NCBI GenBank assembly: GCA_965153285.1
Contig: OZ229122.1
From: Podarcis tiliguerta
Lineage: Eukaryota
Length of the DNA stretch: 64,000 bases
Strand: one strand, 5' to 3'
The translations under genes were made by a program, and so were the position numbers. Under the pieces are notes generated by a model. That model worked only from the letters and a program-made list of their open reading frames with translations. It was not told where the DNA came from and did not search any database. Below, in pieces: positions 1-12,389 of this stretch. The first letter of the stretch is position 1. Every line of letters starts with the position of its first letter.

Positions 1-2661
1 AGTTCTGTCCCAGGCGGGGGGACAGATAGTCATAACCAATGCCTAAACAACCACCACTGATTTTTGTATTTTAATAAAGTTGTGGCCAAAATAGTGTCCA
101 AAAACCCAAAACTAAATTACGTGTTATGTGTGAAGTTATTTGAGGGGTGGCCTGGGGACCTACACACGCAAAGAAATCTGTATGAATGCTCAATAAACAG
201 GTAAATTAGAACTGACTTTAGTAGCAAGTTGGACCACTAAAATTCTTTTTTTCCCCAACAGAGANNNNNNNNNNNNNNNNNNNNNNNNNNNNNNNNNNNN
301 NNNNNNNNNNNNNNNNNNNNNNNNNNNNNNNNNNNNNNNNNNNNNNNNNNNNNNNNNNNNNNNNNNNNNNNNNNNNNNNNNNNNNNNNNNNNNNNNNNNN
401 NNNNNNNNNNNNNNNNNNNNNNNNNNNNNAAAGGGTTACAGGGGTGCTTTTCATGAATGACTGAGACTAGGCTTAGTTTCACCAATAAAAGTTGTAGTTG
501 GCAGCATGTGGCATACAGAGTACAGTGGTAAAAGGCACAGTGGTAGGAGGGGGCAGAACCTTTGTCCCTTTCTTTCCACCGCTGTCAGTCTGGGTGTAGG
601 CCAGTTAAGCCAGAACTAGCAAGTAATCTCCTCTCACCCCCCCACCTCCTTAACATGCTCTGCCCCCAAATGGGTGATTTCAGAGGGTCCAAGGCAGGTA
701 ATGAGGAGGGGAGACACAGAGGGCACCTAGCCTTCCTGGATCTTCTCTGACCCCAATGTAGCTTTCTCTTCTTTGGCAGACTCCAATCTTATCACATGTA
801 GCATGACTCCAAAATGTGGACACATAAGTGGAAAATTCCCTTTGGGTCTGGCAGCAATACACACGATAATCCAGACAGTTATTTTGATGAAGTTTATTAA
901 GAGCTAAGCAGAAAGTAAGAGGGCAAATGGAAGACAGAAAGTTGCTTCAACAAGTTAAAAGAATAAAAAATCCACCCACAGGTTATCCCATGTCTGCCTA
1001 TCATAGTATCGTAGAATCGTAGACTTGGAAGGGACCCTGAGGGTCAACTGGTTCAGCCTCCTGTAGTACCTATCTTACTGCAGCTACTTACAATCAGCCT
1101 TTGGGTATCACATTTGCAAAGTAGCAGCATTGATTGCAGACCCTCCAATATTTCTCCAATGAAAAGAGGGTCATCATCTTCTATTATTATTTATTATTAT
1201 TAGTATCTTTAGTGTTGTTGCTGCTGCTGCACTGCTGCTGCTATAATTATAAATCCCCTGCCCATATGACTGGGTTGCCCCATCCACTCTGGGTGGCTTC
1301 GAACATATATAAAAACTGAATAAAATGTTTAAAAACTCCCCTGTACAGGGCAACATTCAGATATCTTCTAAAGGTTCTATAGTTACTTGTGTAATTGGCT
1401 CGGCGGTTGCCTAACTCCATACCTCCAACATTTCTCCAATGCAAATAGGGACATCCTAAGGAAAAGCGGGACATTCTGGGATCAAATCAGAAACTGAGAC
1501 AGCTTCTGTAAATCCAGGACTATCCCTGTAAATAGGGGAAATGTGGAGGGTCCATGATGGTCAAGTAATATTAGGGATGTTGAGAGACAATGGGCTATAT
1601 GGCAACAGTTCACTTCCAAGAGGTTTGATCCTGGTAGATCTTCCATGATATCCGGCACTTTCCAGACAATCACAAGGCAGTCAGTAGCCAGGGGAATGTC
1701 AATCAGCACTAATTTAGTCTCTGCAAATTTTGGAAGTTAATGCAGAAAAAAGGTGAGTTTGGGGTTCTTTGTACTGGCTGATTCAGACAAATGGAAACAC
1801 CTCTGGAACAGAAGCATGCTAGGACATGTCCAAAGAGGGAATTATTGCATTGTGAGTTCATGCAACAAAATGTGAAAGTATTCCTGCATATAATTATTTC
1901 CTGCCATTTGAAATCTAGTGCGGCATGGTGGAAAAGGATTTTTTAAAAAAACATAAAACAAAAAAACCACAGTTCTGGAATGCAGCTGCTATTGCAGTGC
2001 AAAAGGAATGTTAGAAATTGGGACAGAAACACTAGCATCATAACCAGAAAAACACATGTAATGAACCCCACATTTGAATGCAGCTTGGTAGAAGCTCCCC
2101 AGAGTTTCAGGAAAAAATCTTCCCCAGCCCTGCCTGGACTGAACATGGGACCTTTTTGCATACAAAGTATACGATTTACCCTTCGGCTCCAATGGTTGGG
2201 GATGAAGGGGCAGGAAACTTTCTGTCAGAGAATGACTTTCATATTAAGTTATATTAGGTTCCAAGCTTAATCGAGGACGATTCCCACTTCCCCCAATAGT
2301 TTTCCTTCCATATTCCAACACAAATTGTTTAGGATGAATATTCAACCCTCTCAGATATATCTTTTGGGGGATTTCTGGTGATTTCACTAGGAGGGAACCA
2401 CAATCTTTCCTCACACAAATTTATTTACTATAAATTACCCAACTGTTTGAGCTGTTAGGTATATAAAGGCAAGGTTAGATGACAAAAATTGCCATTTAAA
2501 TCAAGGGTCATATATTAAATCACAATTAACTTAATCCCATTAATTTTAAGGGGACCACAGTTCGACTAAATCATTCTGGATCCAAGCTAATGCATTCAGA
2601 AATTAGTAGGTACAAGTCCCTACCTATTTTGGAACTCCCACAATACGTCAGTTCATTTTTA

Positions 2662-3615
2662 TCACCCAAAAGGTCTTCTACCCCAGATTCTTTTAAAGGC
2701 ATGTTTTACCTCTTTATTCCTCAAGCTGTATATGAGGGGGTTCAAAATGGGACCGATAACAGTATAGAAAAGGGAGAGGAATTTGTCAGTGTTTGGTGAG
2801 TAAGTGGAATTGGGCTTCAAATATGTAATACAAGCAGAACCATAGAACAAGGTCACCACAATCAGGTGTGAAGAGCAGGTGGAGAAGGTCTTCTTCCGAC
2901 CTTCAGAGGATGAGATCTTCAAAATGGTTGTTATAATGCCAGCATAAGACATCAAGATCAGGATAAAAGGAAAAGTCACAAAAATCATAGCCACCACAAA
3001 GACTGCAATCTCAACCCTTGAGGTGTCCCCACAAGCCAATTTCAGCAAAGGAGGGATGTCACAAAAGAAGTGGTTGATCACATTGGAGCCACAATAGGAG
3101 ACAGTAAACACCATACTGGTGTGTCCAAAGGACATCAGAAACCCACTTAGCCAAGATGCCACAGCTAAAGTAGTATAAACTTTTTGGCTCATCAGGACGT
3201 GGTAGTGTAAGGGCTTACAAATGGCAACATATCGATCATAGGCCATTGAGGCAAGGAGGAAACATTCTGACCCACCAAGGAAGAATACAAAGTAGGTCTG
3301 CAGAGCACATCCGATGAAGGAGATGGATTTATTTCCAGAAAGGAGGTTTGCCAACATCTTAGGGACATTCACCGATGTGTAGCAGATCTCCAGAGAAGAC
3401 AGGTTTCTTAGGAAGAAATACATGGGGGTGTGCAGGGCAGGATCAGCCAATGTCAGAAGAATGATGAGAAGGTTTCCTGCCAGAGTGATGATATAGAGTA
3501 CCAGGAAAGTGGAGAACAATGCACTTTGCAGGTTGGGATCATCAGAAAGACCCAGGAGGATGAACGTTGCTGGTGTTGTACTGTTTTGTAGAATGTGTTC
3601 CTTTCTGTTCTGCAT
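2662..3615 (-). CDS. Olfactory receptor, class II (OR10-like), array copy 1, 317 aa
   Basis: Canonical OR motifs: N-glycosylation NST, LHTPMYFFLRNLS, MAYDRYVAIC, NHFFCDIPPLLKLAC, KTFSTCSSHL, PILNPLIYSLRNKEVK. The start is set at the MQNRKE Met shared by all copies, which follows a splice acceptor (ttccag|G ATG). The ORF-track extension to 3753 is probably intronic. Confidence 0.95.
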   Translation of the reverse strand: MQNRKEHILQNSTTPATFILLGLSDDPNLQSALFSTFLVLYIITLAGNLLIILLTLADPALHTPMYFFLRNLSSLEICYTSVNVPKMLANLLSGNKSISFIGCALQTYFVFFLGGSECFLLASMAYDRYVAICKPLHYHVLMSQKVYTTLAVASWLSGFLMSFGHTSMVFTVSYCGSNVINHFFCDIPPLLKLACGDTSRVEIAVFVVAMIFVTFPFILILMSYAGIITTILKISSSEGRKKTFSTCSSHLIVVTLFYGSACITYLKPNSTYSPNTDKFLSLFYTVIGPILNPLIYSLRNKEVKHAFKRIWGRRPFG

Positions 3616-3928
3616 CCTGGAAAGAGAAGATAAAGAACTGATGAAGTTAGTGTAAGATTGTTCAGCTATACACAATCTTTTTAAATAGATTATATGTGGA
3701 ACTCTGTTTAATGACTGCCAAGCTGTATAATAATCATTTTCTTTACTGAACATAGCAAGTGCTAACCTTTGGTAGAATTGTTCCTAAATAACATTATTAA
3801 AAGGCATCAAACCTGAAAAATGAACATTGTCCAAGAAATAATTTAATATCATTCAAGAGAAGAAATGTACAAAGTGTGTTCCTTCAGAGTTAAACATGTC
3901 AAAGGCTTCAAAAGAAAAAAAATCTGGT

Positions 3929-4148
3929 ACTTACTGACACCTGGAAGGTCACAGCCAGCTCTCTGTTCCTGACGCCCTAGTTGCACTAGAGATTTCTCAG
4001 GCACAGTTATAGAAGGTAGTAATCCTAGGCTGCTTTCAGTGTATTTCCCTCTTCACCATGTTTTATTCTGCCAGATTCTTCCCTCTGGGAGCTGTGCTCC
4101 AAGACACATCACAATGAATAACTCACTGAGCAGGCAGACGCATTAATG
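3929..4148 (-). promoter_or_regulatory. Putative OR promoter and 5' non-coding exon of copy 1 (repeated in every array unit)
   Basis: Donor GTAAGT at 3934, TATA-like CTATAAC near 4010, O/E(Ebf)-like TCCCAGAGGG at 4081-4090, homeodomain palindrome CATTAATG at 4141-4148. Homologous donors at 8497, 16637, 21487, 27393, 32666; O/E sites at 8644, 16777, 21638, 27540, 32827. Confidence 0.6.
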
Positions 4149-4237
4149 TAGCTATTCAGTTATCCATTGTGATATTTCTTTTAAGATAACTTTAAAGCGC
4201 TTCATTCTTTGTTCTATGGGGCATACGGCTGTGCACA

Positions 4238-4300
4238 CATAGAATTATAGAATTGTAGAGTTGGAAGGGACCCAAGGGTCATGTAGTCCAACCCCCTGCA
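4238..4300 (-). mobile_element. CR1 LINE 3'-end remnant (two per array unit, e.g. also about 1003-1063)
   Basis: catagaattatagaattgtagagttggaagggacc..ggtcat.tagtccaacccc is the reverse complement of a CR1 tail with its octamer repeats. Confidence 0.6.
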
Positions 4301-7026
4301 TAGGGTGTATGGGTTGGGGAGGGGTAATACCTCCGCTGGTACACACATGATTCTTCTTGGGTAGTTTGGTCCCCTTTGGTCTCCACCCTCCACTCAGCTG
4401 TCACCGGTGGCTGTCAGAAGCTGTCTTCTGGGACAACTCCTGCAGTTAAGCTGGTGCCAAATGTATTGCTGTTTTCCTCTCAACCACATCAGTGAGGTTG
4501 AGAAGGGGGGGCAGCCTAGAACTTCCATTCATTTTTGCCAGTTCAGTTTAATTGTTCTCTGAGACAAAATGATGCCAACAAATATACTGTAATGGGTAAA
4601 CAGTTTCTTGACCATATTATGTAACCTGCTGCAAACAAACAAGAATTCATGCTCAGTTCCCCATCATTTTCCAGTCACAAATCCGAGATTGTGTCCTTGG
4701 TCCCTCAACCCCCCCCCCCCCGCCACATGCCAGAGCTTTCTCCATGAAAACCCACTCTTTCAGGCAGAATCAGAGCAAATGTCAATTCGGGTTTCCTGAG
4801 GTTTGACATTTGCTCCAATTCAACTTTAAAGAGTGTGTTTTTATGAGAAAGCTCTGGAGGTGTTGGTGTGGATGCATTCAGAAAAGAAGCTTTAAATTGC
4901 GGACAATGTCTGGAAAGCATGGAGAAAAGGTAAGTGTGGATGATGCATAACCTTGCCACAAACTGTACAAAGAAATCTGTATGAATGCTCAATAAATAGG
5001 CAATTTAGAACTGACTTTAGTAGCAAGCTGCACCACTAAAATTCTTTTTTTTCCCAAGAGAGAGNNNNNNNNNNNNNNNNNNNNNNNNNNNNNNNNNNNN
5101 NNNNNNNNNNNNNNNNNNNNNNNNNNNNNNNNNNNNNNNNNNNNNNNNNNNNNNNNNNNNNNNNNNNNNNNNNNNNNNNNNNNNNNNNNNNNNNNNNNNN
5201 NNNNNNNNNNNNNNNNNNNNNNNNNNNNNNNNNNAAACGACTACAGGGGTGATTTTCATGAATGACTGAGACTAGGCTTGGTTTCACCAATTAAAGTTGT
5301 TGTTGGCAGCATGTGGTATACATAGTACAGTGGTAAAAGGTACAGTGGTAGGAGTGGGGAGAACCTTTGTCCCTTTCTTTCCACTGCTGTCAGTCTGGGT
5401 GTAGGCCAGTTAAGCCAGAACTAGCAAGTAATCTCCTCTCACCCCCCCACCTCCTTAACATGCTCTGCCCCCAAATGGGTGGTTTCAGAGGATCCAAGGC
5501 AGATAATGAGGAGGGGAGACACAGAGAGCACCTAGCCTTCCTGGATCTTCTCTGACCCCAATGTAGCTTTCTCCTCTTTGGCAGACTCCAATCTTATCAC
5601 ATGTAGCATGACTCCAAAATGTTGTAGATACGTAAGTGGAAAATTCCCTTTGGGTCTGGCAGCAATACACACGATAATCCACACAGTTATTTTGATGAAG
5701 TTTATTAAGATCTAAGCAGAAAGTCCGAGGACAAATGGAAGACAGAAAGTTGTTTCAACAAGATAAAAGAATAAAAAATCCACCCACAGGTTATCCCATG
5801 CCTGCCAATCATAGTATCGTAGAACCGTAAACTTGGAAGGGAGACTGAGGGTCAACTGGTTCAACCTCCTGTAGTACCTATCTTACTGCAGCTACTTATA
5901 ATCAGCCTTTGGGTCTCATTCTATGCAAAGAAGCAGCATTGACTGCAGACCCTCCAATATTTCTCCAATGAAAAGAGGGTCATCTTCTATTATTATTTAT
6001 TATTATTAGTATCTTTAGTGTTGTTGCTGCTGCTGCACTGCTGCTGCTATCGTTATAAATCCCCTGCCCATATGACTGGGTTGCCCCATCCACTCTGGGT
6101 GGCTTCCAACATATATAAAAACTGAATAAAATGTTTAAAAACTCCCCTGTACAGGGCAACATTCAGATATCTTCTAAAGGCTCTATAGTTACTTATCTAA
6201 TTGACTCGGGGGTTGCCTAACTCCATACCTCCAACATTTCTCCAATGCTAATAGGGACATCCTAAGGAAAAGTGGGACATTCTGGGATCAGAAACAGAGA
6301 CATCTTCTGTAAATCCAGGACTATCCCTGTAAAAAAGGGAAATGTGGAGGGTCCATGATGGTCAAGTAATATGACCAAGTAATTGGGACAGAAGCACTAG
6401 CATCATAATCAGAAAAACACATGCAATAAACCCCACATCTGAATGCAGCTTGGCAGAAGCTCCCCAGAGTTTCAGGGAAAAATCTTCCCCAGCCCTGCCT
6501 GGACTGAACATGGGACTTTTTGCATACAATGCATTCAGTTTACCCTTCGGCTCCGATTGTATTGGATGAAGAGACAGGAAACTTTCTGTCAGAGAATGAC
6601 TTTCATATCAATTTATACTAGGTTCCATGCTTAATCGAAAATGATTCCCACTTCCCCCAATAGTTTTCCTTCCATTGCCCAACTCAAATTGTTTAGTTAG
6701 GAATCATCAACCCTCACTGAGATATCTTTTGGGGGATTTCTGGTGATTTCACTAGGAGGGAACCACAATCTTTCCTCACACAAATTTATTTACTATAAAT
6801 TATCCAACTGTTTGAGCTGCTGGGTAGTTAAAGGCAAGGTTAGATGACAAAAATTGCCATTTATATCAAGGGTCATATAATAAATCACAATTAACTTAAT
6901 CCCATTAATTTTAAGGGGACCACAGTTCTCCTAAATCATTCTGGATCCAAGCTAATGCATTCAGAAATTAGTAGGTACAAGTCCCTACCTATTTTGGAAC
7001 TCCCACAATACGTCAGTTCATTTTTA

Positions 7027-7980
7027 TCACCCAAAAGGTCTTCTACCCCAGATTCTTCTAAAGGAATGTTTTTCCTCTTTATTCCTCAAGCTGTATATGA
7101 GGGGGTTCAAAATGGGACCAATAACAGTATAGAAAAGGGAGAGAAATTTGTCAGTGTTTGGTGAGTAAGTGGAATTGGGCTTCAAATATGTAATGCAACC
7201 AGAACCAAAGAACAAGGTCACCACAATGAGGTGTGAAGAGCAGGTGGAGAAGGTCTTCTTCCGACCTTCAGAGGATGAGATCTTCAAAATAGTGGTTATA
7301 ATGCCAGCATAAGATATCAAGATCAAGATAAAAGGCAAAGTCACAAAAATCATAGCCACTACAAGGACTGCAATTTCAATCCTTGAGATGTCCCCACAAG
7401 CCAATTTCAGCAAAGGAGGGATGTCACAAAAGAAGTGGTTGATCACATTGGAGCCACAGTAGGAGACAGTAAACACCATACTGGTGTGTCCAAAGGACAT
7501 CAGAAACCCACTTAGCCAAGATGCCACAGCTAAAGTAATAGAAACTTTTTGGCTCATCAGGACATGGTAGTGTAAGGGCTTACAAATGGCAACATATCGA
7601 TCATAGGCCATTGAGGCCAGGAGGAAACATTCTGACCCACCAAGGAAGAATATAAAGTAGGTCTGCAGAGCACATCCGATGAAGGAGATGGATTTATTTC
7701 CAGAAAGGAGGTTTGCCAGCATCTTAGGGACATTCACCGATGTGTAGCAGATCTCCATAAAAGACAGGTTTCTTAGGAAGAAATACATGGGGGTGTGGAG
7801 GGCAGGGTCAGCCAACGTCAGAAGAATGATGAGAAGGTTTCCTGCCAGAGTGATGGTATAGAGTACCAGGAAAGTGGAGAACAATGCACTTTGCAGGTTT
7901 GGATCATCAGAAAGACCCAGGAGGATGAATTTAGCTGGTGCTGTACCGTTTTGTAGAATGTATTCTTTTCTGTTCTGCAT
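7027..7980 (-). CDS. Olfactory receptor, class II (OR10-like), array copy 2, 317 aa
   Basis: Intact ORF with the same OR motifs; N-terminal variant NGTAPAKF; helix 8 reads NKEEK instead of NKEVK. Confidence 0.95.
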   Translation of the reverse strand: MQNRKEYILQNGTAPAKFILLGLSDDPNLQSALFSTFLVLYTITLAGNLLIILLTLADPALHTPMYFFLRNLSFMEICYTSVNVPKMLANLLSGNKSISFIGCALQTYFIFFLGGSECFLLASMAYDRYVAICKPLHYHVLMSQKVSITLAVASWLSGFLMSFGHTSMVFTVSYCGSNVINHFFCDIPPLLKLACGDISRIEIAVLVVAMIFVTLPFILILISYAGIITTILKISSSEGRKKTFSTCSSHLIVVTLFFGSGCITYLKPNSTYSPNTDKFLSLFYTVIGPILNPLIYSLRNKEEKHSFRRIWGRRPFG

Positions 7981-9960
7981 CCTGGAAAAAGAACATACAG
8001 AACTGATAAATTTAGGACATTATTGCTTGGCTGTACACAATCTTTTTATATAGATTATATGTGGGATTATTTGTTCAAGGACTGTCAGGCTGATCAGGGA
8101 ACGATCCAAAGGCACATACTGCACTCTTTAACTTTATTGGAATCAATAGGATTTAGAGGGGATCTTATAATAAAAATTCTAAATTATACCTAAATTATAG
8201 CCTCTGTGCCTTGTTCATATGGGGAGGTATACTTTTAATAATCATTAAAGAGATTTTGCTGAACTTTCCATCTATATACTCATCATTTTCTTTATTAAAC
8301 ATAGCTAACCTTTATTAAACAAGTGATAACCTTTGGTAGGATTGTTCCTAGCTAACATTATTAAAAGGCATCAAGCTTGAAAAATAATCATTGTCCAATA
8401 AATAATTTAGTATCATTCATGAGAAGCAATGTACAAAGTGTGTTCCTTCAGAGTTAAACATGTCAAAGGCTTCAAAAGAAAATGATCTGGTACTTACTGA
8501 ATACTGGAAGGTCACAACCAGCTCTCTGTTCCTGACGCCCTAGTTGCACTAGAGATTTCTCAGGCACAGTTATAGAAGGTAGTAATCCTAGGCTGCTTTC
8601 AGTGTATTTGCCTCTTCACCATGTTTTATTCTGCCAGATTCTTCCCTCTGGGAGCTGTGCTCCAAGACAGATCACAATGAATAATTCACTGATCAGGCAG
8701 CTTCATTAATGTAGCTATTCATCTATGCACTGTGGTACTTCTTTTAAAATAATTTTAAAGCTCTTCATCCTTTGTTCTATGGGGCATATGATCGTGCAAA
8801 CATAGAATTATAGAATTGTAGAGTTGGAAGGGACGTAAGGATCATCAAGTCCAAGCCCCTGCATAGGGTGTGTGGGGTGTTTGGGGAGGATTAGTACCTC
8901 TGTTGGTACAGACATGATTCTTCTAGGGTAGTTTGGTCCCCTTTGGACCCCACCCTCCACTCAGCTGTTGCCTGTGGCTCCCAGAAGCTGTCTTTTGGGA
9001 CAACTCCTGCAGCTAAGCTGGTGCCAAATGTATTGCTGTTTCATCCTGACTACATCAGTGAGGTTGAGAAGGGGGTCCTGTCATCTGGGTAGCCCAGAAC
9101 ATCCATTCATATCTGCCAATTCAGTGGTTTGATTGTCCTCTGAGATTGATTCCAAAAAATATACTGTAATGGGAAAACACTTTCTTGACCACATTGAATA
9201 ACCACCTGCAAACAAACAAATATTAATGCTCAGTTCCCCATCATTTTCCAGTCACAAATCCGAGATTGTGTCCTTGTTCTCTCCCCCCCAACCCACATGC
9301 CAGAGATTTCTCCATGAAAACCCACTCTTTCAGGCAGAATCAGACCAAATGTCAATTCGGGTTTTCTGAGGTTTGATATTTGCTCCAATTCAACTTAAAA
9401 GAGTGTGTTTTTATGAGAAAGCTCTGGAGGTGGTGGTGTGGAAGCATTCAGAAAAGAAGCTTTAAATTGCAGACAATGTATGCAAAGCATGGAGAAAAGG
9501 TAAATGTGGATGATGCTTTACCTTGCCACAAACTGTACAAAGAAATCTGTATGAATGCTCAATAAACAGGTAAATTAGAACTGACTTTAGTAGCAAGTTG
9601 GACCACTAAAATTCTTTTTCCCCCCAACNNNNNNNNNNNNNNNNNNNNNNNNNNNNNNNNNNNNNNNNNNNNNNNNNNNNNNNNNNNNNNNNNNNNNNNN
9701 NNNNNNNNNNNNNNNNNNNNNNNNNNNNNNNNNNNNNNNNNNNNNNNNNNNNNNNNNNNNNNNNNNNNNNNNNNNNNNNNNNNNNNNNNNNNNNNNNNNN
9801 NNNNNNNNNNNNNNNNNNNNNNNNNNNNNNNNNNNACGGCTACAGGGGTGATTTTCATGAATGACTGAGACTAGGCTTGGTTTCACCAATAAAGGTTGTT
9901 GTTGGCAGCATGTGGCATACAGAGTACAGTGGTAAAAGGTACAGTGGTAGGAGTGGGGAG

Positions 9961-11818
9961 TGTTGGGATACTGCCAGGGAGACAAAGTCCATCATGACTC
10001 CACGTCGTCTCCGGACGTCCATCGATCTCCCGTAGACACGCAGTATCAGCAATTAGCGACACAAGCTCCAGAAATAGCTTGCCACATTCCAGAGGTGATG
10101 CACCCTCTATCAGCAGATAATGCACAGCGAAAGATGCACTCAGGAGAGCATTATTTACAAGTTTATTCAGCGTTGATCAGAACAAAGAAAACATGACTGC
10201 CTGCTTCAGTGTCTCAGACACAGAGAGAGAAATGAAAGCAAAGACACAACAGAAACATCCTGTGAACAGGAAATACACAGGCTGTGACACAAACATCCTG
10301 CTCCCTTTTAAGGTGGTATGGAAATATCCTAACATCCTCCCCCTTTCCGTGTAACCTGTAGTACCTGTGGTTCAACCCAATTGCAACCTCTGTACATAAA
10401 CCTTAAGTTGTTCTCTGTTAACAACCTTAGACAACAGATCAGCAGGAATTTCATTTCCTGGCATGTAGGACACCTGAATGACTCCTTTCTGAATACACTC
10501 TCTTGCACGATGTAGCTTAATCTGCAAGTACTTGGTTCTTTGCTTGCAACTCTCTGAGTTCAGCAAAGCCAAACAGGATCTATTGTCTTGATACACTTGT
10601 ATAGGACATTTCACAGAAACTCTGATGTCCTTAAACAGTTGCATCAACTGTTGGCACCGGGAAAGTTTGGAAAGATGGATTTCCGCAACCCCAAAGAGAC
10701 TGTGGAGTACGCTTTGGAATACTTCTTGGTTTATAAATTGAAATATGAAGTTTGGGCAAGCGTTCTGAAGAGGATTAAAGGAGACGTTGGGAAAGAAGTT
10801 CTTTGGGACTCAATTTCAGGCTGGAAAAGAAACTTGCAGGCAGTCCAGGGAGATGATTTAAGAGCCTTGGACATAAGGGAACCGGGTTGAGGGAATTAAT
10901 TCGCTGACAGGAAAGACTGATAAAATTTGTAAAAAGGACTGGCAGAATCCGAAACCAGGGGGAAGAGATGGTGGGGAAAATTGGGAACCTTTAAAAATAG
11001 TATTTAGTATAAATATGGTATGATTAAGAACTTTTGGGAGATGGTGGAATGATTCTATCTGGCTTTAGTGGAAATAAGATAAAGATTTAAGATATTAGGA
11101 TATAAGGGTATATGATATTAGGATTTAAGAGTATAAGATCTAAGGTCTTTTCTTTTCTTTTTTTTTCATTTAGTGAATTGGAGTTTGGATAATTTTTTTT
11201 TAGATGCTTACTTACTTTGTGATGCTGATGAGAGAATAAGGTTTAAATGGATTAAGGTAAATAAGTGAGTAAGCAGTGAAAGATGGAAAGAATTTGCTGA
11301 TCTGATTAATAACTGGAATACAAAAAGGGAGGTGGGAGGAGGCCGAAGAAATAAGTTATTGAAAGATGGAATTTGAAAAATTGAATTTTTTTCTTTTTGA
11401 ATGTTTTTGTCTCTTGTTCTTTTTTGTGTGTTGGTGGGGTGGAGGGAGGGTGTTTTTTATGTATCTTTGGGTTTTTGCTTTTTTCCCTTTCCCCCCTCTT
11501 TTTACTTTGTTGTATTTGATCTTTTTGTTTCTGTAACTCTGTTTTTGTATTTGTGGAAAATCTAATAAATATTATTTCAAAAAAAAAATAAAATAAAAAT
11601 AAACAGTTGCATCAACCATTCACAATACATGAGTGAAAATGACAGTGCATTGAGTTCTGCTTCACAGGAACTTAGGCTTACTGTCGTCTGCTTCCTGCAC
11701 AGCCAGTCAAACAGACAGTGGTTGTACATGTAGCATACTCCAGAAGTGCTTGTACCATCTGTGGTGTCACTTCCAAAACTTGCATCTGCAAAGATTTCAA
11801 GACCTCCCTAAGAGATGT
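9961..11818 (-). mobile_element. Truncated Ty1/copia LTR retrotransposon (3' LTR, PPT and RNase H)
   Basis: LTR 9961-10334 has TG...CA ends and terminal inverted repeats tgttgggata/tatcctaaca; polypurine tract at 10335-10346. RNase H reads LEIFADASFG..TSTSG..DWLCRKQTTVSLSSCEAEL (about 11810-11601) and continues VYQDNRSC..RTKYLQIK..IPADLLSK (10647-10372), matching copia motifs. Confidence 0.88.
10649..11600 (+). mobile_element. L1/Tx1-type non-LTR retroelement nested in the copia RNase H
   Basis: 16-bp TSD aaacagttgcatcaac (10633-10648 and 11601-11616), TT|AAA target, AATAAA plus A-rich tail, GT-rich 3' UTR. Confidence 0.8.
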
Positions 11819-12389
11819 GNNNNNNNNNNNNNNNNNNNNNNNNNNNNNNNNNNNNNNNNNNNNNNNNNNNNNNNNNNNNNNNNNNNNNNNNNNNNNNNNN
11901 NNNNNNNNNNNNNNNNNNNNNNNNNNNNNNNNNNNNNNNNNNNNNNNNNNNNNNNNNNNNNNNNNNNNNNNNNNNNNNNNNNNNNNNNNNNNNAAAGGGC
12001 TATAGGGGTAATTTTCATGAATGACTGAGAATAGGCTTGGTTTCACCAATAAAAGTTGTAGTTGGCAGCATGTGGCATACAAAATACACTGGTAAAAGGT
12101 ACAGTGGTAGGAGTGGGGAGAAGCTTTGTCCCTTTCTTTCCACTGCTGTCAGTCTGGGTGTAGGCCAGTTAAGCCAGAACTAGCAAGTAATCTCCTCCCC
12201 CCCCCACCTCCTTAACATGCTCTGCCGCCAAATGGGTGATTTCAGAGGATCCAAGGCAAGTAATGAGAAGGAGAGACACAGAGGGCACCTAGCTTTCCTG
12301 GATCTTCTCTGACCCCAATGTAGCTTTCTCCTACTTGGCAGACTCCAATCTCATCACATGTAGCATGACTCCAAAATGTTGTAGACACA

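Noticed and set aside
2520-2560. Near-invariant aattaacttaatcccattaattttaagggga about 110-140 bp 3' of each array OR as an enhancer
   Set aside because: It contains TAAT cores, but its conservation cannot be separated from the recency of the duplication; it probably lies in the 3' UTR.
3616-3753. 46-aa N-terminal extensions of copies 1 and 4 (363-aa ORFs)
   Set aside because: They lie upstream of a conserved splice acceptor and are not open in the other copies, so they are most likely intronic.
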